The notes under the pieces are model-generated. The model made no database searches, had not been told where the DNA came from, and saw nothing but the letters and a program-made list of their open reading frames with translations. A stretch of 48,201 bases of DNA from a virus. Location of the stretch: IMG/VR virus record IMGVR_UViG_2910705042_000001; one strand, 5' to 3'. A program made the position numbers and the translations under genes. Shown here piece by piece: positions 17,975 to 28,686 of this stretch. How positions within the stretch are numbered: the stretch's first letter is position 1; every line of letters starts with the position of its first letter.

Positions 17975-20857
17975 ATGAGTCCCACAACACTCAAGAGGCC
18001 TTCCCGGCTTCTTGCGGGGATCACTGCGCTGATGTTGACGGGAAGTGCACTCGCGCTCCCAGTCGCGGCATTAGCCGTTTCAAACCCGGCAGAAACGCTG
18101 GGCGCGGCGGCACAACCGTTCTATGCCTACGTGAAGGCAGGAGAAACTGTCTCTGTTAAGGTCGATACGGCCGAAGCAAGCTGGGTCCGCGACAACACCG
18201 GCGCTCAGACCAACCTTGTCAAGGGTAAGGTCACTGAGCTTGAAGCCACCTCCGATGGTGTGTGGCAAATCTTCGTTGGCGGTGACCGCGTCGCAACCTC
18301 GGTGACACCCAAGGAATTGCAGCCATTTGATATTCAAGTGATGAGCGGACAGTCCGAACAAGAAGGACGCATCTGGACCGAGCGTCTCTCGATGCTCCAG
18401 GATGGTGGTTCTTCCGTCCAAGACGGCGCTGACCTGACCTTCTGGGCGATCAACGACTCAGGCTACGAGTACAAGATCGACCTCGCCAACTACAACGGTG
18501 TGAACTCGGCTATCGAGTTCGATGCCGTGGGTAACGTGGAAGATGACTCGTGCATCTCTTCGTTCGCCTCCGCTGAGATCGCAGGCGACGGCGATGAATG
18601 GGAGGTTCGTCCCGATTGCGCCGGAAAGTACCGGTTGTTCTTTGAAGAGCCGTCTTCCGAGTTGCCTGACCAAGCAACCGTCGTCAACTCCTACAGTGCT
18701 GACGGGGCGAATAAGACCGTGTGGGTCAAGCCTGATCCGTTGGACGCGGCTGCGCTGGTATCGGGAACGACACTCAGCTTCACCCAAGGCAGCAATCCAG
18801 CATCCCTTGGCGGCACGTTCAACATCTCTGTCCCCGAACGTTTCTCCGGCACCGCGATTCTCGAAATCGACGTTGATGGCAATGGCTCCTACGACGACGA
18901 CATTGACGTGTCTCATCGTGTGGCAGCATTCGACTCCAGCACGAGCACCTCTGCCCACTGGACGTGGGATGGTACAGATGGTCAGGGCAACGCAATCAAT
19001 GCGTGCACTGCCACCCCATCAGCTCGCGTCGTCTTCGACCGAGTGGGAACCGTCCATGTCCTGTCTGAAGACGTGGAAAACCGTTCTGGTGGCATCACGA
19101 TCACCAAGATCAACGGTGACCAAGCCGGAGACACGACCGTCTACTGGAACGATTCTGACTTGGGCGACACCTACTCCAACGCGGATGGAACCCAGCGCAC
19201 CCGTATCGACGTGGAAGCAAACCGTGTCAACAACTCCCAAACGGGTGTTGATTCATCGGCAGGCGTCCACAAGTGGTCTGCTCCAACCAGTAGCTCGAAC
19301 ATGTCGTGGGGCGACCGACGCATGATCGACGACTGGACCTACACGATCCTCCCTGAAGGAACGGCAGCTGCTTCTGTTGCTGTGGCATCGACACTCGATT
19401 CCTGCTCTTCACTGGCCATCGAAAAGGAAGCTGTCTCCACAACCAACATCACTGACACAACCGCGACCGTGCAGTGGCTTGTCACTGCACACAACACCTC
19501 GGATGTGACCGCGACCGACGTTGTTGCCGCCGATGTTTTCCCGGAAGGGATTGTCGACGGGCAGACCGAAGTCCTCAACGTTTCCGCCGGCACGTTTGAC
19601 GTCGAAACGGGTGTCTGGACGATCGGAACGATGGAAGCTGGGGGCGAGGAGTCTCTCGCCTTCACAACCGTCGTCGAGCGCGACAAGGATGCAGAGACCA
19701 CCGTGACCAACCGTGTGTCGATCGCCAACCCTGACAACCCCTTCGGGCCGGAGAACGAGGACCAGTGCACCGACGACACGCTCAACCAGTGTGACGAAGA
19801 CACGGTGACGATTCCGCCAACACAGACGGCAACACTCGCCATCGAAAAGAAGGCTGTTTCCACCTCGGACATCACCGATACAACTGCAACTGTTGAGTGG
19901 CTCATTACCGCTCACAACACCTCGGACGTAACCGCGACCGACGTTGTTGCCAGCGATGTCTTCCCGGAAGGGATTCTCGATGGACAGACCGAGCTCGTGG
20001 GAGTCTCCACAGGCACGTTTGATACCGAAACTGGCGAATGGACCATTGGGACCATGGATGCTGGTGCACAAGCAACCTTGTCGTTCACGACTGTTGTCGA
20101 GCGCGACAAGGACGCAAACACGACGATCACTAACCGTGTGTCGATCGCCAACCCTGACAACCCCTTTGGCCCGGAGGACGAGGACCAGTGCACCGACGAC
20201 ACACTCAACCAGTGTGACGAGGACGCTGTCACGATTCCGCCAACACAGACGGCAACTCTCGCCATCGAGAAGGCCGCCGTCGACGTCACAGACGTAACCG
20301 ACACAACCGCAACTGTTGAGTGGCTCATTACCGCTCACAACACCTCGGACGTAACCGCGACCGACGTTGTTGCCACCGACGTTTTCCCGCAAGGGATTCT
20401 CGATGGACAGACGGAGCTTCTCGATGTCTCAGTCGGAACATTCGATGCTGATGCAGGCGTGTGGACGATCGGAACCATGGAAGCCGGACAGCGTGAAACC
20501 TTGAGCTTCACAACTGTTGTCGAGCGCGACAAGTCCGCAGAGACCACGGTCACCAATCGTGTGTCGATCGCCAACCCTGACAACCCCTTCGGGCCGGAGG
20601 ACGAGAACCAGTGCACCGACGACACACTCAACCAGTGTGACCAGGACACGGTTGTTATCCCGGTGACGACACCAGAAACTCCCGCTACCCCCGAAAGTGG
20701 TGGCGGAAAGGGTGCTGTCACTGGCGTGGCCTTTGACGAGACCAACCCGGCCCTTGTCGGACTCGGCGTGTTGCTTGCGCTGGGAGCAGCCGGTGGAGGC
20801 GTCTATCTCTACCGTAAGAATCGCAATCACACACTCAGCACCGACGACACTGAGTAA
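17975..20857 (+). CDS. Cell-surface protein with three DUF11-like Ig repeats and an AVTG-type sorting signal
   Basis: Signal peptide; 3x LAIEK..WL.TAHN..DVV..DVFP.G..WTIGTM..NRVSIANPDNP; GAVTG + TM + RKNR tail. Confidence 0.85.
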   Translation: MSPTTLKRPSRLLAGITALMLTGSALALPVAALAVSNPAETLGAAAQPFYAYVKAGETVSVKVDTAEASWVRDNTGAQTNLVKGKVTELEATSDGVWQIFVGGDRVATSVTPKELQPFDIQVMSGQSEQEGRIWTERLSMLQDGGSSVQDGADLTFWAINDSGYEYKIDLANYNGVNSAIEFDAVGNVEDDSCISSFASAEIAGDGDEWEVRPDCAGKYRLFFEEPSSELPDQATVVNSYSADGANKTVWVKPDPLDAAALVSGTTLSFTQGSNPASLGGTFNISVPERFSGTAILEIDVDGNGSYDDDIDVSHRVAAFDSSTSTSAHWTWDGTDGQGNAINACTATPSARVVFDRVGTVHVLSEDVENRSGGITITKINGDQAGDTTVYWNDSDLGDTYSNADGTQRTRIDVEANRVNNSQTGVDSSAGVHKWSAPTSSSNMSWGDRRMIDDWTYTILPEGTAAASVAVASTLDSCSSLAIEKEAVSTTNITDTTATVQWLVTAHNTSDVTATDVVAADVFPEGIVDGQTEVLNVSAGTFDVETGVWTIGTMEAGGEESLAFTTVVERDKDAETTVTNRVSIANPDNPFGPENEDQCTDDTLNQCDEDTVTIPPTQTATLAIEKKAVSTSDITDTTATVEWLITAHNTSDVTATDVVASDVFPEGILDGQTELVGVSTGTFDTETGEWTIGTMDAGAQATLSFTTVVERDKDANTTITNRVSIANPDNPFGPEDEDQCTDDTLNQCDEDAVTIPPTQTATLAIEKAAVDVTDVTDTTATVEWLITAHNTSDVTATDVVATDVFPQGILDGQTELLDVSVGTFDADAGVWTIGTMEAGQRETLSFTTVVERDKSAETTVTNRVSIANPDNPFGPEDENQCTDDTLNQCDQDTVVIPVTTPETPATPESGGGKGAVTGVAFDETNPALVGLGVLLALGAAGGGVYLYRKNRNHTLSTDDTE
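19410..20660 (+). repeat. Three intragenic tandem repeats, ~423-bp period
   Basis: Near-identical blocks starting near 19410, 19833 and 20256. Confidence 0.85.
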
Positions 20858-20868
20858 TCTTCCCTAAC

Positions 20869-20916
20869 CGAAACAGGGGACGTTTCCAGTCGATTCTGGG
20901 AACGTCCCCTGTTTCG
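20869..20916 (+). terminator. Stem-loop terminator
   Basis: CGAAACAGGGGACGTT(T)CCAG ... CTGG(G)AACGTCCCCTGTTTCG. Confidence 0.75.
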
Positions 20917-21060
20917 TGTGCGGTACGAGGCGCCCCACACATAACGCCTAGAACGACGACACTGACCGCGTCGCCCAACTGGAAAGGGACACCCCCCGAC
21001 CTCTTCCGACAGATCTCGACATGATCCGGTTTAACGACAGCGGTGAATTGCCCCGGCTAC

Positions 21061-21068
21061 CCGCACAC
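21061..21068 (+). promoter_or_regulatory. CCGCACAC octamer
   Basis: CCGCACAC-AAAGAAGGT-ATG (21078). Confidence 0.75.
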
Positions 21069-21077
21069 AAAGAAGGT

Positions 21078-21686
21078 ATGACCACACACCTTGAATACGC
21101 CGCCATCGTCAACCTCGCGTTGGGCGTGGACGAGCATCCAGACCAGTACAATCTCACCGCCTTCCATGAGGAAGGGTATTCCGGACTCAACGGCATCGTT
21201 GATGGGCACGACGTGACGTTGATCCACGATGCCGACGGGAGCATCACAATCCTTATCTTCGATGAAAGTGGCGTCGGAAAGCAGATGCAGATTGTTCATA
21301 GCGCCGATGGGGGAGCCTCCTACCACCTGAGCCTCGACAATGTCGGCGCGATCAGGCACATGTCCGAAGCATCTGGGGCGAGCCTGGACTACATTGGCGG
21401 ACCACGCCCCACCTCTGATGTCTCCATCCGGCGTATCTCGCCAACCGGTGATGTCAGCTTTGAGTACTTCTCCCATGAGGGAGGACAGTCAATCTGCGTC
21501 AGTGGGCGCTCAGGTCTCCCCGGCTCGTATGTGGCGACAAACATCGTGTCTCACGACGTTCGAGTCCTCACCCAAGAGTCTCTCGACCAGATGTTCGGTC
21601 CCCAATGTTGCTTCCACTCCTCATTCGACGAGGCAACATTCGATGAGAACGCCGCCTTCCTCCGTGAGGGTAGTGCTCGGCTATGA
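21078..21686 (+). CDS. CCFH-family protein (untagged)
   Basis: Tail DQMFGPQCCFHSSFDEATFDENAAFL. Confidence 0.7.
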   Translation: MTTHLEYAAIVNLALGVDEHPDQYNLTAFHEEGYSGLNGIVDGHDVTLIHDADGSITILIFDESGVGKQMQIVHSADGGASYHLSLDNVGAIRHMSEASGASLDYIGGPRPTSDVSIRRISPTGDVSFEYFSHEGGQSICVSGRSGLPGSYVATNIVSHDVRVLTQESLDQMFGPQCCFHSSFDEATFDENAAFLREGSARL

Positions 21687-22342
21687 CTGTCACCTGCCAC
21701 GAGTCCACTTCTACGCTTCCTTCTTCTGTACAGGTGTCTCTCGCGCATCTCATCACGCGTGACCCGTGGGATTTCCAACGATCGTGCGGGATGGGAATGT
21801 TCACGGAAGAGGAAGAGAGCGGGTTCTCCGGCACGATCGGTGAGCTCCGCATCGGTTATGTGTGCCACCGGGGAGAACAGTGTGTCGTCATTGAACGCGC
21901 CAACCATGCGGTGTTTGCACTGACCACCCGTACAGACGGATTCATCTGCGAGGTACCCAACCACTTCACATACGAAGTTCACGGGGGCATCACCTATGAG
22001 ACCATCCATGGAGCATCGCATTCCCTGAACATTCGCGTCACGTTCTCTCACGAACGCGTCCGTCTGCGTCACATCGCACCGTTCACGCTCGAGGTTGATA
22101 ACACGCAGCCCAATCCCATCCTCGACGTCTGCCCGTCGGAGGATGGTTCGGGGTCGTACACCGTGTATGACAGGGACGCCGGCACATCACAGATAATCGA
22201 CCAGGACGAGGTTGACCGTCGCTTCGGTCCCGAATGCTGTCTGCATTCCAGCTTCGACACGTCGGTATTCGACACCTTGAAGAATTATGTTCTCACGGGT
22301 GAGTCCGAGCTTCATTTGCTGGGCTTCGGACGCAGTATTTGA
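21683..22342 (+). CDS. CCFH-family protein (untagged)
   Basis: Tail DRRFGPECCLHSSFDTSVFD; ATGA overlap with the previous gene. Confidence 0.7.
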   Translation: MTVTCHESTSTLPSSVQVSLAHLITRDPWDFQRSCGMGMFTEEEESGFSGTIGELRIGYVCHRGEQCVVIERANHAVFALTTRTDGFICEVPNHFTYEVHGGITYETIHGASHSLNIRVTFSHERVRLRHIAPFTLEVDNTQPNPILDVCPSEDGSGSYTVYDRDAGTSQIIDQDEVDRRFGPECCLHSSFDTSVFDTLKNYVLTGESELHLLGFGRSI

Positions 22343-22382
22343 TGGCTCAAGCTCGGCCAGTTCAATAGGATTCAGAACGCTC

Positions 22383-22895
22383 CTAATAGGCTTGGTCGGT
22401 AGCCTCGTCAAGCGTAGGCACTGAGTCATGCATGTCTTCGGCGTAATACATGACATCGGACAGCAACGTGTATGCTTTATCGAGCATCGTGGCTAGATCT
22501 GGGAAATCCACGTATTCTTTGGTTTCCGGAAGAGATCCTGCGCATCGGAACGCCGTTCCGGATCTGTCAGCCTCATGTAACATCACGATCATGTTTTCGA
22601 CCGATTTCGGGAACGGTTCTGGCAGGTCCAGCGCCGTGTAGTGCTTCTTCACTTGGTCCAAAAGCTTGTGGAGATCGTGCCCCAGCTTGTTCTTCAAGTA
22701 TTCTTCTGAGTCGGATTGCCTGAGCTCAGGTGCTCGCCCGTCCACGTAATTGGCTCTCAGCGCGACAAAGCACCGAATCATGTTCTTCAACTGAAGCTCG
22801 AACGCCTGTCGGTAAAGAGTCGCACAAGCGGTCAGGATGGATGCAAGAACCCAGCCGGAGCGGGATCGCCGGATTACGTTGATACCGGCTATCAA
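22383..22895 (-). CDS. Hypothetical HEPN-like protein, N-terminus uncertain
   Basis: LYRQAFELQLK...GHDLHKLL...DRSGTAFR pattern. Confidence 0.4.
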   Translation of the reverse strand: MIAGINVIRRSRSGWVLASILTACATLYRQAFELQLKNMIRCFVALRANYVDGRAPELRQSDSEEYLKNKLGHDLHKLLDQVKKHYTALDLPEPFPKSVENMIVMLHEADRSGTAFRCAGSLPETKEYVDFPDLATMLDKAYTLLSDVMYYAEDMHDSVPTLDEATDQAY

Positions 22896-23066
22896 CTGGG
22901 ATTTCTCGCTGGCCCAGTTGCTTGGGGATCGGGCTGCCTAACCGTCGAGAGTAGGGTTCTTCGCTATCGCGGCTGGCTTCCGTAGAGGGGTGAACCAGTC
23001 GGGATTTCGCGCGCAGTAATAGCTAAGCAGCAGATAGCTACAACAGAAATAACTAGCGTAAACGTC

Positions 23067-23110
23067 GCGCTGCTCCTTTCCCGCAGGAGTTCGGGAGAAA
23101 GGAACAGCGC
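23067..23110 (-). terminator. Stem-loop downstream of res
   Basis: GCGCTGCTCCTTTC ... GAAAGGAACAGCGC. Confidence 0.55.
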
Positions 23111-23158
23111 AAAGACGTGCTAACGATCAGAGTGCCGCGTTTACAAGGCTCCTATTTG

Positions 23159-25798
23159 TCAGATATCTGTTGCGGCTTTGAGTGCATCCCGGAATTCGGA
23201 CATGCGGTTCTCCTGGTTGTAGAACGGCAGGCCGATGATTCTGTAGTCGGTATTGTCGACGTAGATGGTGTGCGGGATAGCGTTCTGCTCGATGGCGAGC
23301 AAGAATTCTTCCTTCCATTTGTCGGTTTCGAGTAGGTGCGTACCCTTCGGCTCCACGTAGATCTGTTGCTGCTGGTAGGGCTGGCCCTTCCGGCGCAAGA
23401 AGAGGAGGAAGTCGGGTTCGAATCGTTCGCCGGTCTCAAACGAGTAGATGGCGAGCGGCGCCAGCCGTTCGTTGCGCACCAGGCAAACCTCGTCGTAGCG
23501 CTGTTTGAGGTCGTCGACAACGGTCGAGAAGTACTTGACGAAGGATTTCTCTTCGCTGGTGCCATAGTTGTCGTTGTAGACATACCATTCGGCGTTTTCA
23601 AGGTTAACGCGACGGATGGAATCAGGATCGCTGCTTTGGCTAGTTCCGATCCCACCTTCGACCGGATTCGCGATCTGTAGGCGCTTGTTGCGTAGTACCT
23701 CGTTCAACCGTTTGGCTTCGAACTGATGCGTGCCACGGTAGGTGACCTTGATGCCTGCCATGTAGCTGGCGACGGCTCGGAAGACTATGTCTAGGCCAGT
23801 CCTCAAGTCAGCCGCAGTGAGGTCTACAGTGTCGCTTTGGAAGGTGATCTCAGTTTCGCCGAGGTAGTCGCTAGACGTGATGAACTCGCGGGTCGATTCC
23901 AAGTGAGGGAAATAGTGCTTGAGCGCCTCGAAGCGGAGTGCGTCGTAACGCGCCAACGATCCCAAGGTCACATTCAATGGCATCTCGTTGATCCTACGGC
24001 GGATCGTATGCACCTTCGGATTCTCGGACTTGTCTGTTTGCTCGGTGGCTGTATCGAAGAGACTAACGAGCCGTGAGGGGGCGTGGCGGACATCGCGTTG
24101 GTAGATCGCCGACTTGACCCGGTTCTCCAGTTGGGTCACTCCATCCCGGGAGACTTCCTCGCGGCTGTTACTGAACACCATCGCGTTGTGGTAGAAGTCA
24201 GTCTGTTTGAACGACGATTTGAGTTCGTAAGTGACTTCGGTGACCTCATCAGGCAGTAAGCCTGTTTCACGTAGCGCGAGGCGTAGCTCGGTGATGTACT
24301 TCGAGTCCTGCTTGGAGTGGTAGAGCAGGGTTTCAAGGAGCCGGTTGGGGCTGTCAAGGTCGTGATCGTACTTGCGGACGGACTTGTCTGCCTGGTCGCG
24401 ATCAATGGACTCGTTTTCAAGAAGGAACGGGAAGTAGCGCGCTCCGCGCCCGATCAACTGAGCTTCCTTGATCGTGTACGCGCCGGGCTTGCCTGCTTTG
24501 CCTCCCTGACGAGTTTCGTAGAGGCGGACGATGTCGTAGAGGTTTAGGACGTCCCAGCCTTCGTTGAGCATGTCGACCGTGAAGATGATCCGATACGGGT
24601 TGGAGTGATCTTCGAGGGAGTTCACTGCCAACTGCTTCTCAGTCGAGTTGTCGGTCGAGCCATTCATGATGATGGCGTTCTCTTCAGCAAACCCCTGCTG
24701 GATGCTTGAGCGCAGGGAGCGTAGGCTCGGATCCTTCTCCTGGAAATAGCCGATGGCTTGTTTCATCAGGCCGTCGGTGGCCAAGTCCTGGATTTCGGAC
24801 TCGGTGAGTCGTTGGAGTCGCTGGAAGAACTGGTCGTAGAACGCTTTCGAATCATCGATCCTTTGCGACTTCAACAAAACAACCGGTTTCGAGTACACGC
24901 CACCATCAGCGAACAGTGCACGGCGATACTCAGACAAGATCAGTGATTGAAGAGTCCTTCCCCAGGGATCGAAGACAGATTGGAAGTTCTGGAAGTCCTT
25001 CGTGAACCCAGACTCGCGGAATCGCGCCAGCGGGTAGTCAAAGACAATCTTGTCCTTGTACTTCCGAAGAATGTTGCGGTCACGCAGATCGACAGTCGCC
25101 GTGAACTCCAGCAGCACATTATACCGGTTACCTAGAAAGGCCGAGATGACCGTGTATTCCCATGAGCGGTCCTCCTCGTCCTCGGACTTCGTGGCCCTCT
25201 TCGTTCGCGTATTCACGTGGTGTGACTCGTCAGAAATCATCACCACCGGTGCATCCTCGAAGTCATCGCTTGTGAGCGCGTTTTCCTTCGGATCAAGGAA
25301 ATCCATGTGCAGTTTTTGCGTCGTCGAGAAACAGAGGTTGATAGCGTTCGGATCGGCGGCAGCGAAGTTGTTGACCTCGTTGATGGGAACCCGCATACCA
25401 TCGATCTCAATTGACTCGGCGAACAGATACTTCGCTGAAGCCGAGTCCAAGAAGTTGGCTTTGGTTTTCTCGATGATGTTCGTTTGATTCACGAAGAACA
25501 GGAAGTTGCGGTATCCGAGCGAGTAGTAATGCAGGATCAGGCCAGCCATCATCACGGTCTTACCTGAACCGGTCGCCATGTGGTAAAGCAAGTGCGTCTG
25601 TCGGTTCTTCGAGAAGTTCTCGTTGCTCAGATATTCGAGCGTGTTTGAGAACGCGTGCTCTTGGTATTCGCGCAACTCGATGTGCGGGGCGAGATTCTGC
25701 TCGATGTGGGCAGGTAGCTCGTGTCGATTCCCGAAGTCATAGAAGAGGTCGAGTTGCTGGAACAGGAGCATGTCTTGGGTAGTTGGGACGCTCATCAT
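23159..25798 (-). CDS. res: Type III restriction endonuclease (Res subunit)
   Basis: SF2 helicase motifs MATGSGKT, DESHH, FTAT, EGWDV, QLIGRGAR; C-terminal PD-(D/E)xK (FEPDF...VEPKG); overlaps the mod stop. Confidence 0.9.
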   Translation of the reverse strand: MMSVPTTQDMLLFQQLDLFYDFGNRHELPAHIEQNLAPHIELREYQEHAFSNTLEYLSNENFSKNRQTHLLYHMATGSGKTVMMAGLILHYYSLGYRNFLFFVNQTNIIEKTKANFLDSASAKYLFAESIEIDGMRVPINEVNNFAAADPNAINLCFSTTQKLHMDFLDPKENALTSDDFEDAPVVMISDESHHVNTRTKRATKSEDEEDRSWEYTVISAFLGNRYNVLLEFTATVDLRDRNILRKYKDKIVFDYPLARFRESGFTKDFQNFQSVFDPWGRTLQSLILSEYRRALFADGGVYSKPVVLLKSQRIDDSKAFYDQFFQRLQRLTESEIQDLATDGLMKQAIGYFQEKDPSLRSLRSSIQQGFAEENAIIMNGSTDNSTEKQLAVNSLEDHSNPYRIIFTVDMLNEGWDVLNLYDIVRLYETRQGGKAGKPGAYTIKEAQLIGRGARYFPFLLENESIDRDQADKSVRKYDHDLDSPNRLLETLLYHSKQDSKYITELRLALRETGLLPDEVTEVTYELKSSFKQTDFYHNAMVFSNSREEVSRDGVTQLENRVKSAIYQRDVRHAPSRLVSLFDTATEQTDKSENPKVHTIRRRINEMPLNVTLGSLARYDALRFEALKHYFPHLESTREFITSSDYLGETEITFQSDTVDLTAADLRTGLDIVFRAVASYMAGIKVTYRGTHQFEAKRLNEVLRNKRLQIANPVEGGIGTSQSSDPDSIRRVNLENAEWYVYNDNYGTSEEKSFVKYFSTVVDDLKQRYDEVCLVRNERLAPLAIYSFETGERFEPDFLLFLRRKGQPYQQQQIYVEPKGTHLLETDKWKEEFLLAIEQNAIPHTIYVDNTDYRIIGLPFYNQENRMSEFRDALKAATDI

Positions 25799-27780
25799 TC
25801 GCCCTTCTGGTAGAAGGACTTCGTGAACGCGACGTCAGCCTCCGACAAGCCGAGGTCAGCATCTTCGACTTCTGCGGCGTTGACGTACAGCCGGTTCTTG
25901 TCGACCAGCTCAGCCACGGTCATTTTCTGGTCGTCGAAGGACAGCTCCGCGAACTCCGACGCGGAAGTTGCTAGTTCGTCGGGCAGGACAGATGGTCGCA
26001 GCAGGCCACGCTCAGTCGCTCGATCGAGTACCAGCTGAACCTCATCCGTAGTTGTGGCGTTCCGCAGTTCGCTCATCAGCTGCTCGCCCTGCTCGGCAAG
26101 CTCGACGTAGACGAACGAGCCGCCCCCATTCCATCCGACGCTCTTGCTAACCCCAGACTTGTCACCATGGATCACTTTGCGCAATCGGACAAGAGGGCTG
26201 TTGTTTCCATAGTCAAGCTGTTCGATACCTATGTATCTGCGGCCCATTTTATGTGCGACGGCAGCCGTCGTACCAGAACCGAGATGGTAATCGAGAACCA
26301 AATCACCCGGATTTGTGTTCAAAGCAATAATGCGTTGAAGGATTTTCTCAGGCTTCTTCCCTCCTTTTAATGTAACGCCCCCCTCAGCTGCAATGCCTTC
26401 GTACGGGGTATCAGACCATATGTTTGTAACCTGCATGCTAGGCACAAGCTCATTATCGATCTTGCGGACCTTCTTCGAATAGAATGCCAATTCCTGGCCG
26501 TTATTTACGTATACGGTGTACTGGTTTTCTCGTTCGATAACAATAATGTTCTCACCCGCCTGCCTTGAGGCGTCACGTGCCGCTACAACTTGAGCACCAG
26601 CCTTATCGCTAATAGCCGTGTAGCGGAACACCGAGTCATTGTGCTGCAAAGCAAATTCAGCTGCCATTTCCTCGACTGCGGCTTTGCCGAGCTGTCCCCG
26701 CATTTTTACTACGCTGGAAAATCCGTTCTGTTCTGCGAGGTAGTCGTAAATGCTTACGATTCTCCATTCGTCAGGCGCTTCACCTTTGTTCGTTACGTAG
26801 TACTTATAGTTGTTGTCCCACTCTGTGGCCACATACTGTGTGTTGTATCGCCACTGACGCTTATCCTTTCCGAACGCAAGAACATACTCCGCTGTTTCGA
26901 AGACTCCAGCGTTTACGCTCGCGAATCCCGAGGGCGACTTTGTGCGGACAGTGATCTTGTTAAGGAAGTTCTCCTCGCCGAATACTTCTTTTAGCAAGAG
27001 ATGCAGTTCGGCAACTCCATCATCACTTATTTGAACGAATATGGCTCCGTCTGGAGTGAGGAGCCGACGGGCCAACTGCAATCGGTTTTCCATGAACGTT
27101 AGCCAGGTGCTCTTCTTGAATTTGCTGTTGTAAGCAAAGGTGTCTTCAGCTCTTGCCGCATTGAAGTAGTAAGGCGGGTCGATGTAAATGCACTTGACTT
27201 GGCCTTCGTACCGTTCTAGCAGTGAGCTCAGGGCGAGCAGATTGTTGCCTTTGATGAGAAGGTTGTCGTGCTCATCGAACTCAGTAACGTGTTCTTCCCC
27301 TTCTGCCGTGTATCGAGTCGCGTTGCTGAAAGCTTTGGGGGCTAGGAGTCGGCCTATTTCGTCTGGTGCGAGTGTTTCGTTGTAGAAGATTTCGTCGCGT
27401 TTTTCGTCTTCTTTGTCTTGACCACCTTCGAGTACGCAGTCTTTGTATGGCCATACGAGGGAGACTTCGGTCGAGGAGGTGAGTAGGTCGTGGTCGTTGA
27501 CGGAGAGGCCGATCTTGTTGCGATAGCTGGTGTAGCTGTCGGGTAGGAATTCTTTGGAGTTGACGACCCACATGAATTTCTCTTGGTCGAAGATAGTGAT
27601 CCCATCTACGTCTTTGAAAAAGTGTCCTTTCAGAACCGATGAGGCCATGAGCAGGCGAATCAGTTGTGAGTCGAGCTGGCTAACAGCGTCCTGGATTCGT
27701 GGTTTGAGTAGTTGCCCCTCTTGGGTAACGAAACGTTCATCGCTTTTGAGGATAGTTTCAAGTTCTTGGAGAAACTTCAA
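25795..27780 (-). CDS. mod: Type III adenine DNA methyltransferase (Mod subunit)
   Basis: IKGNNL, IYIDPPY, KPEKIL, DYHLGSGTT; likely TTG start at 27780 (ORF is open to 27849). Confidence 0.9.
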   Translation of the reverse strand: MKFLQELETILKSDERFVTQEGQLLKPRIQDAVSQLDSQLIRLLMASSVLKGHFFKDVDGITIFDQEKFMWVVNSKEFLPDSYTSYRNKIGLSVNDHDLLTSSTEVSLVWPYKDCVLEGGQDKEDEKRDEIFYNETLAPDEIGRLLAPKAFSNATRYTAEGEEHVTEFDEHDNLLIKGNNLLALSSLLERYEGQVKCIYIDPPYYFNAARAEDTFAYNSKFKKSTWLTFMENRLQLARRLLTPDGAIFVQISDDGVAELHLLLKEVFGEENFLNKITVRTKSPSGFASVNAGVFETAEYVLAFGKDKRQWRYNTQYVATEWDNNYKYYVTNKGEAPDEWRIVSIYDYLAEQNGFSSVVKMRGQLGKAAVEEMAAEFALQHNDSVFRYTAISDKAGAQVVAARDASRQAGENIIVIERENQYTVYVNNGQELAFYSKKVRKIDNELVPSMQVTNIWSDTPYEGIAAEGGVTLKGGKKPEKILQRIIALNTNPGDLVLDYHLGSGTTAAVAHKMGRRYIGIEQLDYGNNSPLVRLRKVIHGDKSGVSKSVGWNGGGSFVYVELAEQGEQLMSELRNATTTDEVQLVLDRATERGLLRPSVLPDELATSASEFAELSFDDQKMTVAELVDKNRLYVNAAEVEDADLGLSEADVAFTKSFYQKGE

Positions 27781-28669
27781 TGTGCGGCCTCTTCCTTCAT
27801 AGTTAGGGTTGTTGTTAGTTGCGCGTCCATCTGTCTGCAAGGAGCGCATGAACTTTTGACAAGCAACCGAATGGCTGCGTAAGTGCAGAAGTGCCGGCTA
27901 GACAACCGCCGCCCACTCTGTGTTGAACGGCGTCGTAACGCGTCATCGGCGACCCAGAAGAATAATGCCAACTGGCTCATGCGTCTTCTGCCTTATCTTT
28001 GTCCGCAGGCACAACTTCGAGGATGTCTGCCATTTGGCAGTCGAGTGCTCCGCAAATGCGCAGAAACTTGTCTGCCGTGTCCCACACGATCCGGGCCGTA
28101 GCCGATGCTGCTGCCCTCGTTGCCTCGTTCGCCATGCCTCGTTGCTCCTATGTTTTCGCGCACTGATACCACTCACTCACCGTGAGTCGGCCTCTTTGCA
28201 TGTGGTCTCGCGAACCTCGTGGACGTGTTCGGCGAGACCGTTCACCACGGATTACCCTAGTCTGTCATCTTCATGGAGAGCCATGTGGAATCGTATAGCG
28301 GGAGTTACTGCTTCACGTCGATGAGGGTGTATGCGGCCTCGTCTTCGTCGAAGAACTCTTCTCCGTTGACTTCGGTCATTTCAAACATCGACTCGTGCAT
28401 TTCGCACTGTACGAGGTACTCACCACCTGCAAGGGCCTCCTCTTTCGCGACGCAGAAGGTATCCTGCTCCCGTTCTTCCGTGGCATGTGAGCAAGGATGA
28501 CGTGGTATATGTGGTCCACTCCTCTTTACTGTCGGCCCCGCTCCCTCGGTCCAATCGCGACCCACCACCGACGCCTTAGAGCTGAGGCGGCGATACGGAC
28601 ACATCCGCCAATGTCAGTGCACCGAGTGGGGAGTTCACATCCGGCGGTGCATGGGCAATCCATATATCG

Positions 28670-28677
28670 CCGCACAC
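28670..28677 (+). promoter_or_regulatory. CCGCACAC octamer
   Basis: CCGCACAC-TACTGGGGT-ATG (28687). Confidence 0.75.
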
Positions 28678-28686
28678 TACTGGGGT

